A stretch of 64,000 nucleotides of DNA from positions 1,198 through 65,197 of the forward strand of contig OMTF01000026.1 of NCBI GenBank assembly GCA_900313925.1. Direction: 5' to 3'. Positions 53,468-63,752 of this stretch are shown one piece after another. Below the pieces are notes generated by a model. That model was not told where the DNA came from, did no database searches, and saw nothing but the letters and a program-made list of their open reading frames with translations. The DNA is from an uncultured Eubacteriales bacterium (GTDB taxonomy: Bacteria > Bacillota > Clostridia > Oscillospirales > Oscillospiraceae). Made by a program: the position numbers and the translations under genes. Positions within the stretch are counted from its first letter, which is position 1. Each line of letters opens with the position of its first letter.

Positions 53468-55006
53468 CTAAGAGATATCCGCGACATCCGAGACCCGAAC
53501 CTTTCCAATCCCGTCCAGGGAACAGAGAAGAGCTTCCGAAATATCCTCGGAAGAGCCGTAGGTATCGCCGACCCGAAGCAGCCAGGAATTGTCATCGGCG
53601 TCGTCCACATAGCCAGCAGGCATGGAGAAGTTCTGCGCGTAGATAAGCTTTGCGAGCTGCGGTGCCGTTAAAAGATCATCCGCGTTGGCATTTTCCAGTG
53701 CGGCGGCCTTTGTCGTTTCATACTGTGCATAGGCGGATTTCAGCTGAGACTGCGCCTCGGCCAGCTGCCGTGCGGCCTCCGAGAAACCGACGGCAGCATC
53801 CAGCTGCGTCTGCGTCAGCGTTGAAAACGTGTTCTCAAGGGCATCGAGCATCTCCGGGGCGTTCTGCAGCGCCTGCGAGAGACGGGATAAGGCGGAGGAT
53901 GCGTCGGAAATCTGCTGCCCTACGCTTTCGCCGGAACCGGAATTGAAAATACTGTCCAGAAGCGTCTGCAGCTTCGTGCTGGCTTCCGTGAGCCGCGTGA
54001 TAGCGCCCATCAGCTGGGAAACGGACGGATCCGTAAGCTCGGTGCTGGAATCGCTGAGCGCACGAAGAATCTCCTCCAGCTGCCGAGCGAAGGTTGCAGG
54101 ATCCGAAATCGCATTACCGGCGATATCCGTGCCGGATTCCGCCGCGTCGGAAGCGGCATCCTGCGCCTGCGCAAGAAGCTCCAGCGCCTGTTGAAGCGTC
54201 TGAAGGGAGGAAAGAAGCGCATCGGTTTCCTGCTTCAGACTTTCGGCGGCGGAGAGCGCGGGACTGCGCAACTGCTTCATGACTTGCGAAGAAACCGTTT
54301 TGCCAAAACTGCTTTCCTGCGTTTCCAGGGCGGCCTGGGCGGCGTCCACCTGCGCCTGGGCGGCGTCCAGCTGCGCCTTTGCATCTGCGAGCTGCGATTC
54401 AGTCTGTGCCAGAATCCGTGCGTTCAGCACGTCAATCTTTTCCTGATTGAGTTCAATCTGCAGCGTCTTTTCCACAAGTCCGATGCTGGTTATGCTGGCA
54501 ACACCCTCCTGCCGCTCAAGCGTAGGAACAACAGTGTCGCGGACGTAGGAGCTCAGCGCGTTGATATCGTAGCCATCGTGGCTGACCGCGACATACATTG
54601 TCGCGACCATGTCCATGCTCATCTGTATCAGGTTCGGCGTCCGGCACCCGTCGGGCAGCGAGGCGGCAACCTCGTTGACGGCAGCGGAAACCTTTACCAG
54701 GGCGCTGTCCATATCGGTATCGCTGGTAAACTCCAGCTGCGTAATTCCGTAGTTTTCAGAGCTTGCGGAGAGAATATTCTTTACATTGGTTATGGTCCCC
54801 AGTGCATCCTCCATGGGTTTGCTCACATCCGCTTCGACCTGATCCGGATTTGCACCGGGGTATACGGTGACGACCAGAATATAGGGTACCGACACGGAGG
54901 GGAGCAGATCGGTAACAGTATTCAAAACGGATACGATGCCCAGCGCGATGATGGCGATCACCGCAACAAGGACGGTATAGGGTTTTCGGACGCTGTATTT
55001 TTCCAT
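53468..55006 (-). pseudogene. RND-superfamily efflux permease, N-terminal segment ending in an in-frame TAG
   Basis: MEKYSVRKPYTVLVAVIAIIALGIVSVLNTVTDLLPSVSVPYILVVTVYPGANPDQVEADVSKPMEDAL is a typical RND N-terminus. It contains a Q/A/L/S-rich coiled-coil insertion of about 250 aa. Confidence 0.85.
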
Positions 55007-55177
55007 TGCGCACTCCTGTCTGTCCCGGGAAAACTTTGCTCAAAGTCTATAATAAACCGCTTCTTTTGTCATGCCCGGCGCCCGCAGGGGAAAATTTTTT
55101 TGGGCAGATTCGCAGATCTGACTAATATCCGCGGGCACATAGAGTGGCTACCGCATTCTGGGAAAGAGGAGCCGCAC

Positions 55178-55215
55178 GGATAAAGAAGCTGCGTAGGGAA
55201 AAATCCCAGCGCAGC
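55178..55215 (-). terminator. possible terminator after purL
   Basis: Minus strand GCTGCGCTGGGA-TTTT-TCCCTACGCAGC (imperfect stem), followed by TTCTTTATC. Confidence 0.45.
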
Positions 55216-55230
55216 GTGACAGCCTTGCAA

Positions 55231-58200
55231 TTAAAGAAAATACCGAACCGCGGAAGTAAACATCGGCAGCGAATGGTTGCCGGGAACATTCTTGTACAGG
55301 AAGTTCCCGAAGCGCTCCGAGTGCGCCATTTTTCCGAAGACCCGTCCATCGGGGGACGTGATGCCCTCCACGGCATACACCGATCCATTGGGGTTGTACT
55401 GTATATCCATCGTGGGATTTCCGTCCAGATCGACGTACTGGGTTGCGATCTGACCCGATTTCGCCAGGGAAGAAACCAGATCCGCGGAGGCGTAGAACCG
55501 GCCTTCTCCGTGTGAAACGGGAAGACAATAGACTTCGCCGGGGCGGGTTTCCGAGAGCCATGGAGACAGTGTGGAGGAAATTCGAGTATGAACCAGCAAG
55601 GACTGATGGCGGCCGATGGTATTGAACGTCAAGGTCGGGCTCGAATCTTCCGGCGCACGAATTTCTCCATAGGGAACCAGACCAAGCTTTATCAGGGCCT
55701 GGAAACCATTGCAGATGCCGCCGATAAGACCATCCCGTTTTTGCAGAAGCTCCATAACGGCATCGGAAACGGCTGGATTGCGCAGAAACGCAGCGATAAA
55801 TTTCGCGGATCCATCCGGCTCATCGCCTTCGGAAAATCCGCCGGGAAGAAACAGGATTTGACTCTGATGGAGTTTCTGTATGAAAGCATCCATGGATTCA
55901 GCGATAGCCTGCGGTGTAAGATTTCGAACCACTAAAAGCTCCGGCTCGGCGCCGGCGTCCGCAAAGGCCTTCTGCGAATCATATTCGCAGTTGGTGCCGG
56001 GAAAGACCGTGATCAGAACTCGTGGCCTGGCAAAATGCTGTGCGGCCCTGCGCGGAGCGCAAGCATAGCGGAGGGAAGGAACCGGTTCCGGATCCCCGGC
56101 TGGTGTAGTTCTGCTTGGATAAACAGGTTCCAGCTTCGCTTCATATAGCGAAAGAAGTTCGGAAAGCCGAATGCGCTCGCCGCCGTAAAGAAATTCAGGG
56201 GATTCGATGGTCTCACCAAGCGGGATTCCCAGGCCTTCTTCCTCTTCCGTAAGCTCCAGAATCAGGGAGCCGTAGGTATAGTCAAAGAGTTCCGGCAGGC
56301 GGAGTTCCTCGGAAAAGCGGACCCCGATTTGGTTTCCGAGGGCCATGCGAAGAACCGCACCGGCAATCCCGCCGTAGCCGGGCGTATAAGCGGCATCGGC
56401 TTTTCCGGACTGCAGGGCGTCCGCGGCGATTTGGAAAATATTCCGGAGGCTCTGTCCGTCCGGAAGCCCGTCCTCCCGAAGTTCCGGCTTCAGCCAGACA
56501 AGTTTCTGTCCTACGCCTTTCAGTTCTCCCGAACCGATGGAGGCGGCGTTCGCTGTAGTAACGGCAAAGGAAACAAGCGTTGATGGAACTTCAAGCGACT
56601 CGAAGCTGCCGGACATGGAGTCCTTTCCGCCGATCGCGGCAGCCTGCAGCTGGACTTGCGCTTCGAATGATCCCAAAAGCGCGGCAACCGGCTTGCCCCA
56701 TTTTTCCGCGTCCGTACCCAGATGCGGAAAATATTCCTGAAAACTGAGATAGACCGGCTGCCCCCAGGCACCTGCTGCCGCGAGCTTGGCAAGGGATTCA
56801 ACAACGGCAAGGTAGGCACCGGAGTAGGGGTCCCGGTCAAGGATATCCGGATTGCAGCCCCAGGCCATTGCGGAGCAGTCGTCCGTTGTTCCCTGCTCAC
56901 AGGAGATTTTATGTACCATAGCCTGAATCGGGGTCTTTTGATACTTGCCTCCGAACGGCATAAGAACGGTGCCCGCGCCGATGGTGGAGTCAAATCGCTG
57001 GCTGAGAGCCTGCTTGGAGCACCCGTTCAGGCTGGAGGCGAGGCTTCGGAGGCCTGCGGCGAAGCTTTCCGGGGCAGCGGCATGCCAGGACTTTGGCTTC
57101 GGCGTTCGCGCCAGCATGTGCTTTTCCGCGCCGTTGGTCGCAAGAAAAGCACGGGACAGATGCACGATTTCCTGTCCGTTCCACTGCATCCGAAGGTACG
57201 GCGACTCAGTAACGCGGGCGATGACGGTCGCTTCCAGATTTTCCCGGTCTGCAAGAGCACGGAAGGCGTCTGCGTCTTCGGCGGATACGACAACGGCCAT
57301 GCGCTCCTGGGATTCGGAAATGGCAAGTTCCGTTCCGTCAAGGCCTTCGTACTTCTTCGGTACGCGGTTCAGATCAACCGTCAGGCCGTCAGCCAGCTCG
57401 CCGACGGCAACGGAAACGCCTCCGGCACCGAAGTCATTGCAGCGCTTAATCATTTTTGCGGCGTCCGGATTGCGGAAAAGCCGCTGCAGCTTTCTCTCTT
57501 CCAGCGCATTGCCCTTCTGCACTTCCGCGCCGCAGGTTTCAAGAGAGGAAACCGTATGGGCCTTGGATGCACCGGTGGCACCGCCGCAGCCATCGCGCCC
57601 CGTCCGCCCGCCGAGGAGAATAACGGCATCGCCCGGAGCGGGAGTTTCCCTGCGGACGTTGGCTGCGGGAGCGGCACCGATTACTGCGCCGATTTCCATG
57701 CGCTTGGCTGCGTAGCCCGGATGGTACAGTTCCTCCACAATACCGGTGGCAAGGCCAATCTGATTTCCATAGGAGGAGTATCCCGCAGCTGCAGTTGTAA
57801 CGATTTTCCGCTGCGGAAGTTTTCCTTTCAGCGTTTGATCAACGCTCTGGAGCGGATCGGCGGCACCGGTTAGGCGCATCGCAGCGTATACGTATCCGCG
57901 TCCGGAAAGAGGATCCCGAATCGCGCCGCCGATGCAGGTGGCGGCACCGCCGAACGGCTCAATTTCCGTCGGGTGGTTATGCGTCTCATTTTTGAAAAGA
58001 AGAAGCCATGGCTCCTTCGTTCCGTCCCGAGTAACCGAGATTCGGACCGTACAGGCGTTGATTTCTTCGGATTCGTCCACGCCGGTCAGCTGTCCGCGGG
58101 CTTTCAGGAGCTTGGCCGCGATAGTGCCCATATCCATAAGGGTAACCGGCTTGGTCCGCCCCAGCTCCTCCCGTGCCTGCAGATAGTCGCGGTAGGCTTC

Positions 58201-58929
58201 CTCGGTCCGGGTATCCTGAAATAAAACCTGGTCCAGCCGGGTATTGAAGGTGGTATGCCGGCAGTGATCGGACCAGTAGGTATCGATGACCCGGATTTCC
58301 GTTAGTGTCGGATCCCGCTGCTCCTCCGTCCGAAAGTAATCCCGGCACAGCAGAAGGTCATCGGTGTCCATGGCGAGCCCCAGCGAATTGCCAAGGCGGG
58401 AAAGCGAGCTCTCTTCCAGATTGCGGAAGCCGTCCAGAACCGCAACCGCTTCCGGTTCCGGATATTCCATCGCAAGTGTGGTTTTCTCCTCCAGCGCGGC
58501 AAGGCGGCTGTCGACCGGGTTGATGACGTATTTTTCGATAGCCTGCAGATCCGTACCGGAAAGAGGGCCGTAAAGAAGATAGACTTTCGCCGTGCGGACC
58601 GTCGGACGCTCCCCGCCGGAGAGAATCTGGATGCACTGCGCGGCGGCATCCGCCCGCTGATCGTACTGCCCAGGAAGGTACTCCACGGCGAAGATCGCAT
58701 TGCTGTCCTTCGGAAGGGCCGTTGAAATCCTATCGACCTGCGGCTCCGAAAAGACCGTATCGACCGCATGCTGAAAAAGATCCGCGTCAATATTTTCCGC
58801 GTCGTAACGGTTGAAAATGCGAACCTTCTGCAGAGCGGATATTTTCAGGAACGTCCGAAGATCCGCGCACAGCTGCTGGGCTTCCTGCGCGAAGGCCGGT
58901 TTTTTCTCGACATAAATTCTATATACCAT
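55231..58929 (-). CDS. purL: phosphoribosylformylglycinamidine synthase (single-chain large FGAM synthase)
   Basis: 1232 aa. N-terminal PurS-like region, two AIRS-like domains (NETHNHPTEIEPFGGAATCIGG), and a C-terminal glutaminase (GICNGFQAL..., HGEGRF). Confidence 0.96.
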   Translation of the reverse strand: MVYRIYVEKKPAFAQEAQQLCADLRTFLKISALQKVRIFNRYDAENIDADLFQHAVDTVFSEPQVDRISTALPKDSNAIFAVEYLPGQYDQRADAAAQCIQILSGGERPTVRTAKVYLLYGPLSGTDLQAIEKYVINPVDSRLAALEEKTTLAMEYPEPEAVAVLDGFRNLEESSLSRLGNSLGLAMDTDDLLLCRDYFRTEEQRDPTLTEIRVIDTYWSDHCRHTTFNTRLDQVLFQDTRTEEAYRDYLQAREELGRTKPVTLMDMGTIAAKLLKARGQLTGVDESEEINACTVRISVTRDGTKEPWLLLFKNETHNHPTEIEPFGGAATCIGGAIRDPLSGRGYVYAAMRLTGAADPLQSVDQTLKGKLPQRKIVTTAAAGYSSYGNQIGLATGIVEELYHPGYAAKRMEIGAVIGAAPAANVRRETPAPGDAVILLGGRTGRDGCGGATGASKAHTVSSLETCGAEVQKGNALEERKLQRLFRNPDAAKMIKRCNDFGAGGVSVAVGELADGLTVDLNRVPKKYEGLDGTELAISESQERMAVVVSAEDADAFRALADRENLEATVIARVTESPYLRMQWNGQEIVHLSRAFLATNGAEKHMLARTPKPKSWHAAAPESFAAGLRSLASSLNGCSKQALSQRFDSTIGAGTVLMPFGGKYQKTPIQAMVHKISCEQGTTDDCSAMAWGCNPDILDRDPYSGAYLAVVESLAKLAAAGAWGQPVYLSFQEYFPHLGTDAEKWGKPVAALLGSFEAQVQLQAAAIGGKDSMSGSFESLEVPSTLVSFAVTTANAASIGSGELKGVGQKLVWLKPELREDGLPDGQSLRNIFQIAADALQSGKADAAYTPGYGGIAGAVLRMALGNQIGVRFSEELRLPELFDYTYGSLILELTEEEEGLGIPLGETIESPEFLYGGERIRLSELLSLYEAKLEPVYPSRTTPAGDPEPVPSLRYACAPRRAAQHFARPRVLITVFPGTNCEYDSQKAFADAGAEPELLVVRNLTPQAIAESMDAFIQKLHQSQILFLPGGFSEGDEPDGSAKFIAAFLRNPAVSDAVMELLQKRDGLIGGICNGFQALIKLGLVPYGEIRAPEDSSPTLTFNTIGRHQSLLVHTRISSTLSPWLSETRPGEVYCLPVSHGEGRFYASADLVSSLAKSGQIATQYVDLDGNPTMDIQYNPNGSVYAVEGITSPDGRVFGKMAHSERFGNFLYKNVPGNHSLPMFTSAVRYFL

Positions 58930-58942
58930 ACCGAACCCCTTC

Positions 58943-60214
58943 TTACTTCTGCAGGGCTTTCAGGGCTCTTGCCCCAATGTCCTTCCTGCAGTAGGCATTG
59001 GAAAAGTGAATTTTTTCCGCCTGGGAATAGGCCTTCCGAATGGCTTCCGGAAGCGTGTCTGCGGTTTCCACGACACCAAGAACGCGGCCTCCGTTTGTGA
59101 CAAGAGACCCGTCTGCACCGGACGCAACGCCCGCATAGAGAACCGATGCGGAGAGCGAAGAATCAATTTGAATGGGAAATCCTTTTTCATAGGAAGCGGG
59201 ATATCCGCGGCTTGCCAGGATGACGCAGCAGGCGCTGCGGGAGGAGAAGCGGACTTCCGTATCTGCCAGCGTGCCGTCGCGGCAGGCCTGCAGAATGGTA
59301 AGAAGATCGCTTTCCAGAAGAGGAAGAACCACTTGCGCTTCCGGATCGCCGAAGCGGCAGTTGTACTCAATGACCCGCGGCCCCTCTGCGGTAAGCATGA
59401 GACCGAAATAGAGACAGCCCCGGAATTCCCGGCCTTCCTTCTTCATTGCCCGGATGGTGGGGAGAAAGATGGTCCGCATGCATTCATCGGCAATCTCCGG
59501 CGTGTAATACGGATTGGGCGCGATGGTTCCCATGCCGCCGGTGTTCAGACCTTGATCTCCATCCAGGGCGCGCTTGTGATCCATGGAGGAAACCATGGGG
59601 ACGACAGTTGTTCCGTCCGTAAAGGAAAGGACCGAAACCTCGGGGCCCTCCAGAAATTCCTCGATGACGACCCGCTTTCCGCTGTCACCGAATTTCCGGT
59701 TTTCCATAATCGTCCGCACGGCATCCCGGGCTTCTTCTCTTGTCCGGGCGATAAGAACGCCTTTCCCAAGAGCCAGCCCGTCGGCTTTAATAACGCAGGG
59801 CAGAGGGCAGGAAGCTACGTAGGCGTAAGCCTTTTCTCTGCTGTCAAAAGTCTCGAAGCTTGCGGTGGGAATTCCGTACGTTTGCATCAGATGCTTGGAA
59901 AAGACCTTGCTCCCTTCGATGATGGCTGCATTCCGGCGTGGACCGAAGCAGGGAATGCCGGCTTTTTCAAGCAGGTCCACGGCACCGAGTACCAGGGGAT
60001 CATCCGGCGTCACGACGGCAAAATCCACCTTTTTTTCCACCGCGAAGTCCGCAATTCGGCGCAGATCCTTTGCCCCGATGGGAACGCAGGTCGCATCCTG
60101 TGCGATCCCGGCGTTACCCGGCAGACAATAGATGGTTTTTACTTCGGGATTTTTCCGCAGCGCCTTGATCACGGCGTGCTCCCGTCCGCCGCCGCCGACC
60201 ACCAACAAGTCCAT
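58943..60214 (-). CDS. purD: phosphoribosylamine--glycine ligase
   Basis: MDLLVVGGGGREHAVIKAL..., ATP-grasp core, ...EYNCRFGDPE.... Confidence 0.96.
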   Translation of the reverse strand: MDLLVVGGGGREHAVIKALRKNPEVKTIYCLPGNAGIAQDATCVPIGAKDLRRIADFAVEKKVDFAVVTPDDPLVLGAVDLLEKAGIPCFGPRRNAAIIEGSKVFSKHLMQTYGIPTASFETFDSREKAYAYVASCPLPCVIKADGLALGKGVLIARTREEARDAVRTIMENRKFGDSGKRVVIEEFLEGPEVSVLSFTDGTTVVPMVSSMDHKRALDGDQGLNTGGMGTIAPNPYYTPEIADECMRTIFLPTIRAMKKEGREFRGCLYFGLMLTAEGPRVIEYNCRFGDPEAQVVLPLLESDLLTILQACRDGTLADTEVRFSSRSACCVILASRGYPASYEKGFPIQIDSSLSASVLYAGVASGADGSLVTNGGRVLGVVETADTLPEAIRKAYSQAEKIHFSNAYCRKDIGARALKALQK

Positions 60215-60236
60215 CGCGATACCCTTCCTTTCTGGC

Positions 60237-61415
60237 TCAGTGATGAAACAGCCGCATGCCGTTGAAGACCATTACGATACCATAGCGGTCACAGGTTTCA
60301 ATGACGTTGTCATCCCGGATGCTTCCGCCGGGCTGCACCACATAGGAGACTCCGGATTTGTGTGCCCGCTCGATGTTATCGCCAAACGGGAAAAACGCGT
60401 CCGATCCGACGGTAACGCCGGTTTGGTGGGAAAGATACGCTTTCTGCTCTTCCCGGGGAAGCGGATCCGGGCGGCGGGTAAAGAGCCGCTGCCAGACACC
60501 GTCCCGGAGAACGTCTTCGTACTCATCGGAAAGATAGACGTCAATAGCGTTATCCCGATCCGGGCGACGGATCGTTTCCACAAAGGGAAGCGCCAGCACC
60601 TGCGGATGACTGCGCAGGAACCATTTGTCCGCCTTGCTTCCTGCAAGGCGGGTGCAGTGAATGCGGCTCTGCTGCCCGGCGCCTATGCCGATCGCCTGAC
60701 CGGCTTTTACGTAGCATACGGAATTTGACTGTGTGTATTTAAGCGTAATAAGAGCGACGGCCATATCGGAGGCGGCTTCCGGAGGAAGTTCCTTGTTTCG
60801 GGTGACGATGTTTGTGAAGTCTTCCGGCTTCGGCAGATAATCGTTGCGGCCCTGCGCGAAGGTTATTCCGAAAATGTCCCGAAGCTCCAGGGGATCCGGT
60901 ACATACGACGGGTCGATTTCCACGACGTTGTAGCGGCCGCCCTTTTTCGTCTTCAGAATTTCCAGCGCTTCCTCTGTATAGCCTGGGGCAATGACGCCGT
61001 CCGACACTTCCTTCTGCAGGTAGCGGGCAACGCTGGCGTCGCAGATATCGCTGAGCGCCGCCCAGTCTCCGTAAGAGCTGAGGCGGTCGGTTCCGCGCGC
61101 CCGAATATAGGCGGCGGCGAGATCCGAATAGTCCTCTTCGGGATCCGTAAAGTAAATCCTCTGCTCCAGCTCGGTCAGAGGGCTTCCCAGCGCGGTTCCC
61201 GCCGGAGAAACGTGCTTGAAGGAGGCCGCAGCGGGCTTGCCGCAGACAGTACGGAGCTGGCGGACAAGCTGCCAGGAGTTCAGAGCATCCATAAAGTTGA
61301 TATAGCCCGGTTTTCCGTTAAGTACCTTTACGGGCAGCTCCCCTCCGCTGCGCAGGCTGATGCTGGCGGGTTTCTGGTTCGGGTTGCAGCCGTATTTCAG
61401 CTCCAGTTTTACCAT
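60237..61415 (-). CDS. purH: AICAR formyltransferase (stand-alone AICARFT domain, no MGS-like IMP cyclohydrolase domain)
   Basis: 392 aa. LKYGCNPNQKPA..., ...FKHVSPAG..., GIGAGQQSRIHC..., SDAFFPFGDNIERA..., VQPGGSIRD. Confidence 0.9.
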   Translation of the reverse strand: MVKLELKYGCNPNQKPASISLRSGGELPVKVLNGKPGYINFMDALNSWQLVRQLRTVCGKPAAASFKHVSPAGTALGSPLTELEQRIYFTDPEEDYSDLAAAYIRARGTDRLSSYGDWAALSDICDASVARYLQKEVSDGVIAPGYTEEALEILKTKKGGRYNVVEIDPSYVPDPLELRDIFGITFAQGRNDYLPKPEDFTNIVTRNKELPPEAASDMAVALITLKYTQSNSVCYVKAGQAIGIGAGQQSRIHCTRLAGSKADKWFLRSHPQVLALPFVETIRRPDRDNAIDVYLSDEYEDVLRDGVWQRLFTRRPDPLPREEQKAYLSHQTGVTVGSDAFFPFGDNIERAHKSGVSYVVQPGGSIRDDNVIETCDRYGIVMVFNGMRLFHH

Positions 61416-62131
61416 GACGCTTTCTCCTTTCCGTTCTTGTTCCGCAATTCGGTGCGGACTTCACCGGTAGAAAGCCGGAGGGAGCGCACGAAAAGGGAAA
61501 CTTTATTCTCCGCATTGAGATGTGCCCACAGCCTATCCGCCAGGGCTTCTGCGGTTGCATCCGCAAGGGAAACGGCGACCGGCTCTCCGGCAAAGGAAGG
61601 CAGAGGGTTCCCGTCTCCCGAATAGGTATGAATCAGGTGCCCTACGCCGGGCAGAGGCTTGGAATATTCGAAAAACTGCCGGCAGCAGCAGTCCGGATTT
61701 CCGTCCTGCGCCTTAAGGATGGAGAGCATGTAGCTGCCGTCTGGGCGAAGGAGACCGGAAATGCGGGGCGTATAGTTAGGCGCATCGGGCTCGAACTTCC
61801 GGGTCCGCAGCGCCTGCGCGAAGCTTTTCCCGGAGGCAAAAGCCTGCTGAATGGTATCCGTCTGATTGCCGTTCGTGACAATGAGCCCATACCGGCTTGA
61901 GCGCACCGGATGATAGATGATCAGACTGGGATCGGTCATCGCGGCGGCATCATAGGCCTGCGTGCGGATGCCGTCCTGTGTCTGAACAAAGATACGGTTG
62001 CGGCTGTTTGCACTTCGGCCCATGATAAAGTAGGCGCAGAGAGCGGTGGTTCCGTCCGGGGAAAGGCCCAGAAGAATTCCACGCCCGGGGTAGCTGTTGC
62101 TGTCAAGAAGCGCTGAAAGGTCCGCCATCAT
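61409..62131 (-). CDS. purO: PurO-type (archaeal-type) IMP cyclohydrolase
   Basis: NSYPGRGILLGLSPDGTTALCAYFIMGRSANSRNRIF...GNQTD...PNYTPRISG is the PurO-family pattern. The ATGATG start at 62131 follows CGGAGGAAATTAT. Confidence 0.85.
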   Translation of the reverse strand: MMADLSALLDSNSYPGRGILLGLSPDGTTALCAYFIMGRSANSRNRIFVQTQDGIRTQAYDAAAMTDPSLIIYHPVRSSRYGLIVTNGNQTDTIQQAFASGKSFAQALRTRKFEPDAPNYTPRISGLLRPDGSYMLSILKAQDGNPDCCCRQFFEYSKPLPGVGHLIHTYSGDGNPLPSFAGEPVAVSLADATAEALADRLWAHLNAENKVSLFVRSLRLSTGEVRTELRNKNGKEKASW

Positions 62132-62715
62132 ATAATTTCCTCCGTTTCCGCAATCTGCTGGGCGATCTGCTCGACCGCCTGGGGCAGAAGTTTCCATTCC
62201 GCCTGTTCCATAACACGCCGCTGCAGGGTTTCCGGAGTGTCATCAGGGAGCACGTCCACGGCCTTCTGCAGAAGAATCTTTCCTCTGTCGGGAACGTCAT
62301 TGACCAGATGCACCGTTGCGCCCGTTACTTTGACGCCCCGCCGCAGAGCGGCCTCATGCACTTTGAGACCATAATAGCCCCGTCCGCAGAACGAAGGAAT
62401 CAGAGAGGGATGGATGTTGATAATTCGATTGGGCCAGCGGCGTACGAACTCCGGAGAAAGAATTTTCAGAAAACCCGCCAAAACGACGAGTTGGATCCGG
62501 GCGGATTCAAGTTCCTTTCGGAAGTCTTCCTCCGTGCGGCAGACGGCGGCCGGAACCCCCGCCTTGCGCGCCCGTTCCAGTGCGAAGGCGTCCGGGTTGG
62601 AAGAGAGCACAAGGGCGATGCAGCCGCTGTGCAGAGCGCCGCTTTGCTCCGCGTCCAGCAGTGCCTGCAGATTGGTTCCGCCGCCTGAAACAAGCACGGC
62701 GATCCGGGTCAGCAT
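62128..62715 (-). CDS. purN: phosphoribosylglycinamide formyltransferase
   Basis: [21 protein letters not shown]..., ...[14 protein letters not shown]..., [18 protein letters not shown]. The ATG overlaps the purM stop. Confidence 0.93.
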   Translation of the reverse strand: MLTRIAVLVSGGGTNLQALLDAEQSGALHSGCIALVLSSNPDAFALERARKAGVPAAVCRTEEDFRKELESARIQLVVLAGFLKILSPEFVRRWPNRIINIHPSLIPSFCGRGYYGLKVHEAALRRGVKVTGATVHLVNDVPDRGKILLQKAVDVLPDDTPETLQRRVMEQAEWKLLPQAVEQIAQQIAETEEII

Positions 62716-63752
62716 AGGATCACTCCTTCCTGGCCGGACACCACGGTGCCCAGTGGAAATGCGGCAACTTCGCTGTCCTGCAGGGAACGAAGCGCAGCCC
62801 CTGCGTCCTCCGGGCTGACGGTAACACAGAACCCTACACCCATGTTGAACGTATTGAACATATCCCGGTCGGAAATTCGGCCGGTCTGCTGCAGAAGACG
62901 GAACAGCGCGGGGATTTCCAGCGTATCGGCGGCGACACGCAGACTGAGGCCGTGCGGAAGACTCCGCGGAATATTTTCGAAGAAGCCGCCGCCCGTGATG
63001 TGTGCGGCGGATTTGACCGGCACGCACTCCAGCAGCTTCAGAAACGGCTTTACGTAAATGCGGGTCGGCTCCAGAAGCGCGTCCCCGAGGCTGCGTCCGT
63101 CAAGCTCCGGCCGGGGAGAAAAAAGATCTGCGTTTTCCACATCAAAAACTTTGCGGACCAGGGAAAAGCCGTTGGAATGAAGCCCGGAGGAGGGAAGCGC
63201 GAGCACGACGTCACCCTCCCGAACCCGGGTTTTATCCAGAATCTTGGAACGATCCACCAAGCCGACGGCAAACCCGGCCAAGTCGTATTCGTCTTCCGGG
63301 TAAAAGCCCGGCATCTCGGCGGTTTCGCCCCCGATCAGAGCCGCCCCGGCCTGCACGCACCCTTCGGCAACGCCGGCGACCAGATCGGCGATGCGTTCCG
63401 GGACGTTTTTGCCGCAGGCGATGTAATCCAGGAAGAACAGGGGCTTGGCGCCGCAGCAGATGATATCGTTGACGCACATCGCGACGCAGTCAATGCCGAC
63501 GGTGGTGTGCCGGTTCAGCAGAGTAGCGATGCGCAGTTTGGTGCCAACACCGTCGGTGCCGCTCACCAGCACCGGATCGGGCATCCCTGTCAAATCCGGC
63601 TGAAACAGACCGCCGAAGCCGCCGACCTCATCCAGAACCCCCGGGGTTGTCGTACGGGCGATGTGCTTTTTCATCAGTTCCACCGCCCGATATCCGGCGG
63701 TAATGTCCACACCGGCAGCGGCATAGCTCTCACTGCGACTGTTCTTGTTCAA
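62709..63752 (-). CDS. purM: phosphoribosylformylglycinamidine cyclo-ligase (AIR synthetase)
   Basis: [19 protein letters not shown]..., [10 protein letters not shown]..., [10 protein letters not shown]..., [10 protein letters not shown]. Confidence 0.96.
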   Translation of the reverse strand: MNKNSRSESYAAAGVDITAGYRAVELMKKHIARTTTPGVLDEVGGFGGLFQPDLTGMPDPVLVSGTDGVGTKLRIATLLNRHTTVGIDCVAMCVNDIICCGAKPLFFLDYIACGKNVPERIADLVAGVAEGCVQAGAALIGGETAEMPGFYPEDEYDLAGFAVGLVDRSKILDKTRVREGDVVLALPSSGLHSNGFSLVRKVFDVENADLFSPRPELDGRSLGDALLEPTRIYVKPFLKLLECVPVKSAAHITGGGFFENIPRSLPHGLSLRVAADTLEIPALFRLLQQTGRISDRDMFNTFNMGVGFCVTVSPEDAGAALRSLQDSEVAAFPLGTVVSGQEGVILC

